Shown here piece after piece: positions 29,634-39,549 of a stretch of DNA of 64,000 bases; position 1 is the first letter of the stretch, and each line of letters starts with the position of its first letter. This DNA comes from Oceanispirochaeta sp. Its GTDB lineage: Bacteria > Spirochaetota > Spirochaetia > DSM-2461. Below the pieces are notes generated by a model. It saw only the letters and a list, made by a program, of their open reading frames with translations, was not told where the DNA came from and ran no database searches. The stretch spans positions 1,440,001 through 1,504,000 of the forward strand of contig CAXXXD010000003.1 of the NCBI GenBank assembly GCA_963663385.2. Reading direction: 5' to 3'. Both the position numbers and the translations under genes were made by a program.

Positions 29634-30371
29634 ATGAGTGCTCCTAAAATAGAAATATGTTTAGAATCGATTGAATCAGTCATTGCAGCGGAAAAAGGCG
29701 GTGCAGATCGCGTAGAGTTTTGTGCGGATCTTTTTGAGGGAGGAACAACGCCTTCACTCGGAGCTTTCAAAACCGCAAGAAAGCATAGCTCTATTGCAAT
29801 GAATGTAATGATTCGCCCCCGTGGCGGAGATTTCTGTTACAGCACTCTCGAGTTTGAAGCCATGCTTGAGGATGTGAAAACCTTTAAGGAAGCCGGGGCC
29901 GATGCTATTGTTTTTGGTATTTTAACCGCCGATGGACACATCGATATACCTCGTTCAAAGCAGATTATCGAAGCGGCACGGCCTCTTGCTGTTACTTTTC
30001 ACAGAGCCTTCGATATGACAAGGGATGCAAGTGAGTCTCTTGAGACTCTCATCGACCTTGGAGTTGAGAGAGTGCTGACAAGCGGACTTGAGGCAACGGT
30101 TCCAGAGGGGATGTGGACGCTTAAAAAGCTGGTAAAGCAGGCTGGCGACCGCATTATTGTTATGCCTGGCTGTGGGATTACCGAAAGAAATTTCGCTTTT
30201 ATCGATGAACACATTCACGCAAAGGAATACCATGTTTTCCTTCCTCACGATGTAGAGTCAAAAATGGAGTATCGTCCGGACCATATTTTTATGGGCGGAG
30301 TATTACGGCAGCCTGAGTTTGCCATCTCTCATACAGACAGTAATAGAGTAAAAAATATTGTAAACAAGTAG
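29634..30371 (+). CDS. cutC: Copper homeostasis protein CutC
   Basis: EIC, GADRVE, GGTTPS, MIRPRGGDF.Y, TFHRAFD, RVLTSG. Confidence 0.95.
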   Translation: MSAPKIEICLESIESVIAAEKGGADRVEFCADLFEGGTTPSLGAFKTARKHSSIAMNVMIRPRGGDFCYSTLEFEAMLEDVKTFKEAGADAIVFGILTADGHIDIPRSKQIIEAARPLAVTFHRAFDMTRDASESLETLIDLGVERVLTSGLEATVPEGMWTLKKLVKQAGDRIIVMPGCGITERNFAFIDEHIHAKEYHVFLPHDVESKMEYRPDHIFMGGVLRQPEFAISHTDSNRVKNIVNK

Positions 30372-30394
30372 ATAGTAAGACAGGAGGAAACATT

Positions 30395-31876
30395 ATGCAT
30401 ACAAAACGCGTCCTCGTTGGAGGATTACACCATGAATCAGATACTTTCAATCCTATCGTTACCGGGAGAAAGGATATCTGGGTTCGCCGCGGCCAGGAAC
30501 TTCTTGATCACAAGGGCAGAGATTCCTGTTCCGGTGAGATTGCCACCTTATTGAAGGCCGGATATGAGGTAGTGCCGACTCTTATCGCAAGAGCCGTCCC
30601 AAACGGAGAATGGGATACCGGGTATTACAAAGAGTTGAAAGAGGAATTCCTCGACGGCATCCGCAAGGCAGGAAAGCTCGATGCGCTCTGTCTCTCTCTG
30701 CATGGTTCGATGAGGGTAAAGGGTATTGGAGAAGCTGAAGGTGATTTGCTTGAAGCTATCCGGGAAATCTGCCCTGATATCCCTATTGTCACGAGTCTGG
30801 ATATGCACGCCACCGTTACTCCCCGAATGATGAAGTATGCAGATGCCTTCGTCGGCTATAAATGCGCCCCCCATACCGATACATATGAAACGGGAGAACA
30901 CGCTGCTCAAATTACCATTGATATGCTCGAAAAAGGTTTCAGACCTGTTATGAAAGCGGTAAGAGTCCCTTTCCTCGTTGCCGGTGAGCAGAGTGAAACT
31001 TCTGTAGAGCCTATGAAGAGCCTTATCGCCCGTTTGAGAGAGGAGGAAAAAAATGATGAACATGTGCTCGCCTGCTCTATTCTTCTCGGCTTTCCCTGGG
31101 CTGATACGGAAGAAAACGGCGTGTGTGCCCTCGTGGTTACCGATGGTGATGAAGAAAAGGCGAAAGATAAAGCTATGGAGCTTGCACAGCTTTTTCAGGA
31201 GACTAGGGAACGGTTCTGTTTCTATAACGAAACCCGTTATCCTGAAGATGCTCTTGAAGCCGCGAAGCAGAGCCTGAACGATGGGATCTACCCTGTTGTT
31301 ATCTCCGATTCCGGTGACAACCCCACCGCAGGTTCTTCTCAGGATGTGACCAATTTCCTTTCTCTTATCCTACAGGATAAAACCCTAAAGGCTCTCAATC
31401 CTCCTCTGGTATATCAGGGGTTTTATGATCCCGGGGTGATCGAAAAAGCTAAGAAGGCCGGAGTTGGTAAAAAGGTAAAAGGAACACTCGGTGCCTGTTT
31501 TGACAAAGAGAAAAGCAGCCCTGTCCCAATTGACGCTACGGTAAAAGCTATTGTGGAACACTGGGAAGGGGCAGAAGGCAGCGACCTGGTACTCCTGGAT
31601 GTGGAAGGCGTTGATGTGGTGGTTACAAGCGGCCATGTGGGCTGTTATGATCCTGAAATGATGAGAGTGCTCGGCGTTACTCCCGAAAAGTGCAGGGTTA
31701 TTGTGGTAAAACTCGGCTATCTTGAGCCGGAGATCAGAGCGATAGCCAAACGCTCCATGATGGCGCTAACCACCGGTTCTACCGATGAAGTCTTTGAACG
31801 GCTGCCTTATAAAAAATTACCTCGTCCGATTTATCCCCTCGATAAAGAGTTCGAAGTGCATCTTGAATATATTTAA
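30395..31876 (+). CDS. M81 (MlrC-family) metallopeptidase/amidohydrolase
   Basis: HESDTF, LHGSM, DMHA, PHTD, DSGDNP.AG, VVKLG. Confidence 0.9.
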   Translation: MHTKRVLVGGLHHESDTFNPIVTGRKDIWVRRGQELLDHKGRDSCSGEIATLLKAGYEVVPTLIARAVPNGEWDTGYYKELKEEFLDGIRKAGKLDALCLSLHGSMRVKGIGEAEGDLLEAIREICPDIPIVTSLDMHATVTPRMMKYADAFVGYKCAPHTDTYETGEHAAQITIDMLEKGFRPVMKAVRVPFLVAGEQSETSVEPMKSLIARLREEEKNDEHVLACSILLGFPWADTEENGVCALVVTDGDEEKAKDKAMELAQLFQETRERFCFYNETRYPEDALEAAKQSLNDGIYPVVISDSGDNPTAGSSQDVTNFLSLILQDKTLKALNPPLVYQGFYDPGVIEKAKKAGVGKKVKGTLGACFDKEKSSPVPIDATVKAIVEHWEGAEGSDLVLLDVEGVDVVVTSGHVGCYDPEMMRVLGVTPEKCRVIVVKLGYLEPEIRAIAKRSMMALTTGSTDEVFERLPYKKLPRPIYPLDKEFEVHLEYI

Positions 31877-31895
31877 GGCTGATTGAACAGGAGAT

Positions 31896-31924
31896 AAGGG
31901 GAAAGCGGGGCTTTCCCCTTTTTT
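31896..31924 (+). terminator. Intrinsic terminator after the mlrC-like gene
   Basis: AAGGGGAAAGC-GGG-GCTTTCCCCTT followed by T-run. Confidence 0.85.
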
Positions 31925-32356
31925 GTTATAAATGTGATACTGAATTATCATTGGGAATTGAATAGCAATATGGCATTATATGTACAATATAAGTACTCTA
32001 TATAACTTACTAAAAAACCAGATTTTTAAGATTCACAGTTGTCCATATTTTCTATCAAAATCCATCCATGGGCAATATTTCTATTAATTCCATTTCCATA
32101 ACATTTTTCATGGATTCCGTTCTCTCCTGAAGCATTTTTTCAAATAACCTGGCTTGACGGAATTTTGGTTTCTCTTCGATTTCCAAAAACCTATTATTTC
32201 GTATTAATTCAATTTCCTCAAAAAAATCATAGAGGTTGACATTTTGATCCGAGGTATAAATTCGCTGATTTAAAAAAGCATGAGTTCCTTGTGATGTCAA
32301 CAGCGGTGAAAAAGTTCCTCATTTCAACGGTTTAAAAGTTCCGCTTCTGGGTAAAA

Positions 32357-33121
32357 TTAAACAGGATCAACGATCCCTATTTTCAACCGGTCTTTCATCC
32401 GGTATGAATCCCCTTTAAGACTCAGGACATGTGCATGGTGAAGGAGCCTGTCTATAGTCGCTGTCGCAATGGCTTCATCATCCAGAATCTCAGCCCAACG
32501 ACCGAAAGACTTGTTTGTGGTGATGATCATACTGCCTTGTTCATAGCGGGTGTTTACAATCTGAAAAAACAAGTTGGCCTGTTCTTTCGTCAGGTTCTCG
32601 TAGCCAACTTCATCGATAAGGATGAGATGAGGCTTTCTAAGCCAGGTAAGCCGTCGCTTCAACCGCCCCTGCTCCCGGGCATGGGTCAGATTCTCCATCA
32701 GATCGATGCAGCTTGTATACCATACAGTATAACCATTCTGACAGGCTTTATGAGCCAGAGCTAGCATCAAATGGGTTTTACCCAATCCACTTGGCCCCAT
32801 CAGTACTAGATTTTCCTTTCTTTCAATGAAAGCCAGACTAGAAAACTCTGCCAGTTGAGCAGCGGTCAATCCTCCCTTCAACCAGGATAGGTCGAAGTCC
32901 TCTAATAGCTTGATCGATGGCATTCCAGAGAGCTTCAGACGGCTTTTTGCAGCTCTCTCCTTACGGGGAACGTACTCCAGTTCCAATAGGTCTGCAATTG
33001 ACTGAGAGAGAGTGTTTTCTGTGTGAGATTGAGCTTCAAGGAAGCTCTCCAACCCCGCCGCCATAAACTCCAGCCCTAAGTCGTTCATCCTGATCTCTAT
33101 GGTCTCCTGCAGTACATTCAT
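32357..33121 (-). CDS. istB: IS21 helper AAA+ ATPase
   Basis: GPSGLGKTHL, LIDEVGY, TTNKSF..W, IDRLLHH, GDSYR. Confidence 0.96.
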   Translation of the reverse strand: MNVLQETIEIRMNDLGLEFMAAGLESFLEAQSHTENTLSQSIADLLELEYVPRKERAAKSRLKLSGMPSIKLLEDFDLSWLKGGLTAAQLAEFSSLAFIERKENLVLMGPSGLGKTHLMLALAHKACQNGYTVWYTSCIDLMENLTHAREQGRLKRRLTWLRKPHLILIDEVGYENLTKEQANLFFQIVNTRYEQGSMIITTNKSFGRWAEILDDEAIATATIDRLLHHAHVLSLKGDSYRMKDRLKIGIVDPV

Positions 33122-34401
33122 GCTGTTACCCCCATAAGCTTGTCGTAGCTTTCAGGATGGCGTGTATCAACCTCTGTATGCATCAATGATGACCTGGGAG
33201 TATTCTTTATTTCCGGGACACTGGCAACGACATTCCTTTTTGTCATGCGATTCTCTTTCTTCCAGCGTTTAACCAGTGAGTCGGTATCAATCTTTCGGAT
33301 AGATTCTAATTTCGCACCTTTTGTCAGAAGCTTGAAGGTTCTAACAGGGGCCCCATCAATGAAGATAGCGGCAGTTCTTGCCAGCGTATCTACTTTCAGT
33401 GTCGCAACTTGTCCTATGAAGTCCGCGGGAATGCTGTACTTGTTTGATTCAAAACGAATAAACCCTTCTCTGGAGACAAGCAGTTCTTTAACCAGCCTTA
33501 CATCTGGAGCTGCCTCAGGGTTCCAAGGGTTCATAAACTGCCTTTCGTACTCAAATCTCTCTTTTCGAGTCTGTTTAAATTGGCTCATCTGCTGTTCCAC
33601 TACTGTTTTGATCCATTTGGAGACAGTCAGGTTTAAATCGTTTATTGAGCGGCTCTTCATTGCTTCTTCACGGATCAAGAAGTTGTGGCCCAGGTAACCG
33701 ATAAAACGCTCTACCTTTCCCTTAGTTTGCGGTCTACGAACTTGGCAGCGAAGAGGAGTGAAACCACAGGCTGAAGCAAAGGCCAGGAGCTTTGAGTTCA
33801 CGTGCCAGACACCGCCGTTGTTGTACCAGGCTGTTCTCATGTTGTCGTAAAGAATTTCCTTCGGAACAGCACCGAAGAACCGGAATGCCATCAGATGGGC
33901 TTGGAGCAATGTCGGCGAGGTCATATCCAAGGAGAAAAGGACAAACGGGATCCTACTATATCCCAGCAGCATGACAAATGCATATACTTTCTGAAGTTTG
34001 CCATCAATCTCCATTTTTCCGCATTCTTTCCAGTCAACTTGGGCCTGTCTTCCCGGCTCTGTTTCAAAGCGGATTACTGCTTTCTCAATCAGTTTCTTCC
34101 TGTACTTCCGGGCATAGTCACGTAGGATTGTCATTTTTCCAGAATAACCGGAGTTTTGTAGTCTCTCATGAAGATAAACGAGGTTGAAGTATGGATCATT
34201 TTCCAAGGTATCTTCTATTATGGGGTAGAATGGTTTAAGGATGCTTTCCCGGGATTTCCTGGGACGGGTTCTGAAGTCCGGATTCAGGTATTTCCTTACC
34301 ATCCGGTCGCTGACACCAAGATACTCAGCGATATACTTTTGAGTATGGCCTTCGTTGGCCATGATGCGTGCTACATGCATGCGATCTTCCTTTTGACACA
34401 T
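33118..34401 (-). CDS. istA: IS21 DDE transposase
   Basis: N-terminal HTH, RFETEPG.QAQVDW, YDN, KGKVER; 4-nt overlap with istB. Confidence 0.95.
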   Translation of the reverse strand: MCQKEDRMHVARIMANEGHTQKYIAEYLGVSDRMVRKYLNPDFRTRPRKSRESILKPFYPIIEDTLENDPYFNLVYLHERLQNSGYSGKMTILRDYARKYRKKLIEKAVIRFETEPGRQAQVDWKECGKMEIDGKLQKVYAFVMLLGYSRIPFVLFSLDMTSPTLLQAHLMAFRFFGAVPKEILYDNMRTAWYNNGGVWHVNSKLLAFASACGFTPLRCQVRRPQTKGKVERFIGYLGHNFLIREEAMKSRSINDLNLTVSKWIKTVVEQQMSQFKQTRKERFEYERQFMNPWNPEAAPDVRLVKELLVSREGFIRFESNKYSIPADFIGQVATLKVDTLARTAAIFIDGAPVRTFKLLTKGAKLESIRKIDTDSLVKRWKKENRMTKRNVVASVPEIKNTPRSSLMHTEVDTRHPESYDKLMGVTA

Positions 34402-35403
34402 AGGGGCAGGTTCCTTTTGTAGTAGGTGTGGTAATCTCTACTTTAGGATATTTGCCCCTTTTTATGTCAGTAAAAGCGGAACTTTTTCGCCGCTGAATGT
34501 AGGAACTCTAGCACCGTTGCTCACATTGTGATGTCTGTTCTGAAAATATATCCTCAAGAGTAATATCTTTCAATGATCCCTTTCTTGGTTTATACCTAAA
34601 ACCACTATCAGTATCATTATCAGTTTTATTATCAATATATGGATTCATGTAAATATTATAGATATCTACACCATTAATTAGGATTGGTTCATCAAAGTGA
34701 AAATACCAGAACCAATTATTTGATCTAAAATTAAACATACTAAATGGATGATGAACAGCTATTGGTTCTTTCTTTATTTTAATACTTAAATAATCCTCAA
34801 GATATTTCTTGGCATCTTTTACTGGAATCATGTAAATTGTATTCATCATAATGTTTCCAATCCCTGTTGATGAACTAACTGACCAGGCTCCTTTGTCTTT
34901 ATCAAAAATGGGAGTAATAACTTGAGCTGCTGCCAGGCTACCATCATAGTAATAAACTGGGACATAGAAGTAATAAAGATCATTTACATCCATACTTAAT
35001 AAATTATCATATCTTCTTACTAATAAAGGCTTTCCAATTCGAGCAATGTCAGTTGATAGGTGGTCTTTTCCCAATTCTCCAACATTTCGAAATGTCCATT
35101 TTTTAAACTCTTTTACTGCAAAAGATAGAAGCTCATTTTCAGAATAAACTCCGGGGATTTGTCTTTCTGATGAAATCTCAATGTCTTCCTGTAAATAACC
35201 TCTAAAGTTTTCATCTGCTGAAAGGTTTTCATGAGCTCCTGCACAGGCAAATTCCAAAAATACAATTACCAAGAGTAGTCCTTTTTTCACACTGTACCTC
35301 GCATTTCTGTAAAAACATCAAACTATGATTAAACATTCTCTCATTTACTATGTATGCATTTATTCATTATTGATAGATTTAATATATCTTTCCTGCTTGG
35401 AAT

Positions 35404-35554
35404 TTAACTTTTCTTGCACTTCTCCGCTACAACCTCAGCAGACTGCCCGATATCATACCCACCCAGAGCAATCTTAAGAATACCCATCAATTCCAGTTGG
35501 ATATCATCAGCATTTTATGGAGGATCTCTTAGATATTCTCAATCGAATCTTCCC
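35404..35554 (-). pseudogene. 3TM-holin C-terminal remnant (copy R1)
   Basis: Translates PP*NADDIQLELMGILKIALGGYDIGQSAEVVAEK, resembling the LKIxLGGYxxGRSxEK tail of GTA-type 3TM holins. Confidence 0.6.
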
Positions 35555-35740
35555 TCTCATGTATCTGATCCAAAATGTGTATACATTACAAATTCTAAAA
35601 AATTGTAGAAACTGTTTTATATTCTATAACATAAGCAATTAATTTATATAAGAATTGTATTATGCTGAATAAAATACTATCTTTTACTAATATCATAGAA
35701 AATATTTTTCTAAAGAGAATTACTATTGTAAGGAAGGTAA

Positions 35741-36688
35741 TTGATGCGTTTAAGGTCATTTATCAAGTTTTATCTATTAGTACTGTTATTTAATATTTGT
35801 TTCGCTGGAGGGATACCTGAAATTCGTACAATTCCTAATACCACTCTTAAAGGAAATGTTAGGTCTTTAGAATATTCATTAACTGATGGTATGTATCAAA
35901 GAGAATTCCCTGAATCAGATCTAGACTTTCACCCAATAACATCGATTCAATCTGTCTCAATAGTATTTGGTATAACTAAGATTGTTTGGAAGTATAACCA
36001 TAGTGATCAAGAAATAAGTAAAACGACAACTTCTTTACGTTCAGATGTATCTGAAACTATTATTCGACCATACCATTCTTTAGCTCGTTCCTATTTCAGG
36101 AGTTCTTTTAATAAAGTCCTTTCTTCTGACTCAGGCTTAAGAGTTTTTAATAAATATACTTATACTACCCCATTTTACAAAGATGATGAAAGATTGGTTT
36201 CATCAAAATCAACATATGTATTTGAAAGTAAGAATCTTATTCAATACTCATATAATCGTTACGAACCCACGGATTCATATATAAATATTAAAAGAGGAGA
36301 ACCTTATAATAATAAATTTCTTGAACCAGATTATTTCGAAGAACACTACTATTCCTATCAAGATAATATATTAAGGAAGGAAATTGCTTATTTTCGAAAT
36401 GGAATGATGTATGTTAAGCAACTAATTTTTTTTGATGCGAATCAAAATTTGGAAAAAGAATATAAATACTTCCAGAGCGATACTAAGGGTACCTCCCATA
36501 TAATCGAAAGACAATATGATTATACATATGATAGAATTGGCAACTGGGTTAAAATGAACTGTTCAATAAGAGAATATACATATGTAACTGAAGATGGTGT
36601 GCTTATCTTTGAAGAAAATATTCCAGAACTAGAAGACATATCTTTTCAACACTTATACACAGTCGATCGAGTTATTACATATTATTAG
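35741..36688 (+). CDS. AT-rich exported hypothetical protein (Tyr-rich, YD-like strands)
   Basis: Signal peptide, SD AAGGAAGG, YDYTYDRIGNWVK motif; composition differs from flanks. Confidence 0.7.
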   Translation: MMRLRSFIKFYLLVLLFNICFAGGIPEIRTIPNTTLKGNVRSLEYSLTDGMYQREFPESDLDFHPITSIQSVSIVFGITKIVWKYNHSDQEISKTTTSLRSDVSETIIRPYHSLARSYFRSSFNKVLSSDSGLRVFNKYTYTTPFYKDDERLVSSKSTYVFESKNLIQYSYNRYEPTDSYINIKRGEPYNNKFLEPDYFEEHYYSYQDNILRKEIAYFRNGMMYVKQLIFFDANQNLEKEYKYFQSDTKGTSHIIERQYDYTYDRIGNWVKMNCSIREYTYVTEDGVLIFEENIPELEDISFQHLYTVDRVITYY

Positions 36689-36700
36689 TTATAAATTTTT

Positions 36701-36834
36701 ATCTTAAGAATACCCATCAATTACAGCTTAATCTCATCAGTAATGTATGGAGGAATCTTCCCGAAGAAGATCATCTTAATTATATAGACATTCAAGAGTT
36801 TAACAACGAATGCCAATTTCTACAGCCAGCTCTC
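36701..36834 (-). pseudogene. 3TM-holin central/C-terminal remnant (copy R2)
   Basis: ESWL*..NW..VV then MIFFGKIPPYITDEIKL*LMGILKI; shares 22 bp exactly with R1 and 12 bp exactly with R3. Confidence 0.6.
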
Positions 36835-38213
36835 AGGTCAGATGCTGAATACTTGCCGCTGTCCAGACAGAAGTGTACTGACTTTTCCAGTATCTCCTGC
36901 TCAAAACCCGCTTCCAGAAAGCGAATCAGCTGCTCATGTTGATCTCGGAAGTACCGTTTGAACACTCTGTAGTTCTCTTCTACAAAGGTGGTCCATGATC
37001 CGGAAGAGATCTTGCCAAGTAAGCCCTTTTTCAACTCTGATGGCTTTACAGAGGTGTTTCTGAAGTGGTTTTTCTGTATGACAGTTTCTCCGGGAAGCGA
37101 CGATATTCTGTGACGGGCGATCTCCTTCCCGTCCGGTCCGTCATAGATCAATAAATCCTGTTTGGTACAGTAAATCCAGACTGTTCTCTTTCGAAAATCC
37201 ATGGGGACGGAGTAGAGGCTCCCCCTGACACAGATCAGGCACTTTTCTGATACTTTTCTATCCTCCCGCTCCAGGATATGGTCTCTGCTGTAGATGGAAG
37301 AGCGGAGAGGCGCCAACTGCTCCTGTTCTCTTTCCAGAAGATTCGCAGGAATGATATCCGTTGCCTGACAGATTTTTCCGTTCGCTCTTCGAACCAGCCA
37401 TTGATCCAATCGGGGAGCAATCTCGTCGAAGGAAGAGAATCTCCTTCCTGAGAAGAAGCTGGTCTTTACGAACTTCACCAGATTCTCCACTTTCCCTTTC
37501 GATTCCCGATCGGCCTTCCGGCAGACATACAGAGAGAAGCCCATCTCGTCTCGGAGATCCTTAAACTGCCGCGTCAGAATGATATCACCGGCATTTTCAC
37601 TCACCACCAGCGCACGATCCTGATCGATGACGATCTCTTTCGGGATCCCCCCGATGTATTCAAAACAATCCAGCAGGTGATGAATGATATCGATGGTTCT
37701 AAACGGTCTTCTTTGAACCGAAACATATCTGTAGCGGCTGGCTGAGAGTACTGATGCGAAAATGTAAACCTTCTCTCCGGATGCAATGGCAATCTCACCG
37801 AAATCCAACTGCATCTGCTGTCCGAAAGGCAGATCCTCTACCGGCGTGTGCAACCGGATGGGAATGTTTTCATAGAACTGTCCAGTCTCAGCCAGGTAGC
37901 TGATGTAATTCCGCAGGGTCCGCTCAGATCCAGGGAGCTGTCCGTGTTTCTCCTCCAGGACGTCATAGATCGATGATTTGTATACTTTATTTTCGTTCTT
38001 CCGGTAGATTTTGATAATTTCATCCTTGTAGGGATCAAATCTCTTTACCTTGTCTTCCAGTGATGTCTTGTACTGCAGATAGGCATTTGAATCCATTTTG
38101 AAGTATTTGGTGACAGTTTTACGGGAAAGTCCCAGTTTTATTGCTGTCTGCCTGATACTCATCTTCCGGTTCTTGCATTTTTTGATTTTCTGGTACATGT
38201 TCATAGCAACCAT
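36792..38213 (-). pseudogene. istA: IS21 transposase IstA, 3' end replaced by foreign sequence
   Basis: HTH, QMQLDFG, IDQD, KGKVEN; last ~14 codons come from the holin remnant. Confidence 0.8.
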
Positions 38214-38338
38214 TTTGAGTCTGTCCGTCCTGTATGTTGTGGTGACTAAACAGTAACGGATAGACTCATTTTTTTTCTACCACTGGTGGGGCATTTCTGT
38301 TTGCCACCCTATGGGTAATTCAGGTTACCATTTCCACA
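36835..38338 (-). mobile_element. Truncated second IS21-family element (left end plus istA, no istB or right end)
   Basis: TGTGGAAATGGTAACCTG end at 38338 with two internal repeated boxes; istA runs into unrelated holin sequence at ~36834. Confidence 0.85.
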
Positions 38339-38581
38339 AATAAACCCAGCATAACAACCAGCCGCCAATTCCTCTGCAGCCAGCTCTCCCCTTTCGCCTC
38401 TGCAATGATAACCTCAGACTGAGCCTTCTTCACTTCCGATTCAATCTGCAGAGCCTTGGCTTCCAGCTCGGCCCGTTTCTCTGCAGGAACTTCATTGGTA
38501 ATTGGCTGTCCTAATATCCATGGCTAATGTGCCGGCCCCTTCCAGGCTTCCCTTCATAGTATCTCCGCCTGATTCAAACAT
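38339..38581 (-). pseudogene. 3TM-holin N-terminal remnant (copy R3), frameshifted and cut by IS21
   Basis: MFESGGDTMKGSLEGAGTLAMDIRTA / +1 shift / ITNEVPAEKRAELEAKALQIESEVKKAQSEVIIAEAKGESWLQRNWRLVVMLGL; IIAEA..ESWL.RNWR is the GTA 3TM-holin motif. Confidence 0.75.
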
Positions 38582-38689
38582 TGATCTCTGATTCCAAATA
38601 ATCAGTAACAGGTAAAATATTTAATATTCCTGTAATTGAAGCTACATGATGAAATCAGAAGTTATATATAGAAAACACCATTTGGAAAA

Positions 38690-38718
38690 TTGACTATACA
38701 ACATATATATTGTATCAT
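38690..38718 (+). promoter_or_regulatory. hicAB promoter with overlapping operator palindrome
   Basis: TTGACT-N17-TATCAT; inverted repeat ATACAA-N8-TTGTAT at 38696-38715. Confidence 0.75.
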
Positions 38719-38730
38719 ATAAGAGGACTT

Positions 38731-38916
38731 ATGACCGGAAAAGAAGTAATAAAAATACTTCAGAAAAATGGATGGGAACTGGAGAGAATTAACGGGTCAC
38801 ACCATATCATGTGGAAAGAAGGATACCGATCGGTTCCCGTTCCGGTCCATGGTAAAAAAGATTTAGGTCCGGGATTGCTTAATTCCATATTTAAACAAGC
38901 CGGAATCAGGAGGTAA
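38731..38916 (+). CDS. hicA: HicA mRNA-interferase toxin
   Basis: EVIKIL.KNGW...R.NGSH...VPVH..KDL..GLL.SI.KQAG; SD GAGG. Confidence 0.93.
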   Translation: MTGKEVIKILQKNGWELERINGSHHIMWKEGYRSVPVPVHGKKDLGPGLLNSIFKQAGIRR

Positions 38917-38920
38917 TAAA

Positions 38921-39343
38921 ATGAAATATTACTGTCAATTAATAGCAGAAGAAGATGGCTATTTTGTAGAGTTTCCCGATCTGCCAAATGTATTTACAGA
39001 AGGTAGTACAGTTGAAGAGTCAATCCAAAACGCCTATGAAGCTCTTAATGGTGTTTTGGAAGTGGATGTAGCCCATGGCCAACTACCAGAAGAACCTGTA
39101 ACACGGGGATCGAATCTCTATCCCATTGAAGTAGCCACCCATATAGATATTGCCATACAACTAAGAAAACTTAGAGGTAAAAACTCACAGGATACTATTG
39201 CTTCAAAACTTGGCCTGACATATCAGGCTTATCAAAGACTGGAAAATCCATTAAAAAGCAATCCCACTGTAAAAACCCTCGAGAAACTGGCCAAAGCCAT
39301 GGGAGAACCATTAAGTATCAGGATTGGTTCGCCTACTGTTTAA
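38921..39343 (+). CDS. hicB: HicB antitoxin with C-terminal Xre-HTH
   Basis: Y.VEFPDLP..FTEG.T.EE...NA.EAL; SQ..IA..LG.TYQAYQRLE...NPT..TL.KLA.A. Confidence 0.93.
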   Translation: MKYYCQLIAEEDGYFVEFPDLPNVFTEGSTVEESIQNAYEALNGVLEVDVAHGQLPEEPVTRGSNLYPIEVATHIDIAIQLRKLRGKNSQDTIASKLGLTYQAYQRLENPLKSNPTVKTLEKLAKAMGEPLSIRIGSPTV

Positions 39344-39549
39344 TCATCTATTAGAAATACTTCATTCCTGGTACACTACTACATGTAATAACCTAGTCTC
39401 TGCTTTCTCAGAATGCCCATGTAACAGATCATTACTCGTTTTTGAGGGAATACCCCGACTATTACAAAACGGAGCCTCTGAGAGGCCTTAAGGCCGCAGA
39501 AAAGTTTATTTAAAGTGAGCGGTACTATCCTAAATCAGAGACAGGGCAT

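Larger units (their letters stand above)
32295..34525 (-). mobile_element. Complete IS21-family insertion sequence
   Basis: TG...CA ends; ~52-bp imperfect IRs (TGTCAACAGCGGTGAAAAAGTTCC / TGTGAGCAACGGTGCTAGAGTTCC) with repeated AGTTCC boxes; 6-bp TSD TTGTGA at 32289-32294 and 34526-34531; istA+istB. Confidence 0.95.
32055..35290 (-). pseudogene. Exported (lipoprotein-like) protein gene interrupted by IS21; about 332 aa when rejoined
   Basis: Removing 32295-34525 plus one TTGTGA copy fuses ...EDIFSEQTSQ (35290-34526) in frame to GTHAFLNQRIY... (32288-32055). Confidence 0.85.

Noticed and set aside
29257..32294. att-site duplication of the tRNA-Val 3' end marking the island's far boundary
   Set aside because: No copy of TGGGGAGCGGCGGATTCGAA found by eye and no integrase in the window, so the island boundary is undefined
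32055..32300. Independent 81-aa gene
   Set aside because: It is the 3' part of the IS-split gene; its apparent start codon lies in the IS end
35414..35608. 64-aa + strand ORF
   Set aside because: No SD or domain; antisense to holin remnant R1
35404..36834. Integron attC-type cassette array
   Set aside because: The repeats are protein-coding remnants without attC palindromic structure, and there is no intI
39344..39540. Possible fourth holin remnant (ATGGGCATTCTG, MGIL)
   Set aside because: Similarity is too short to distinguish from chance
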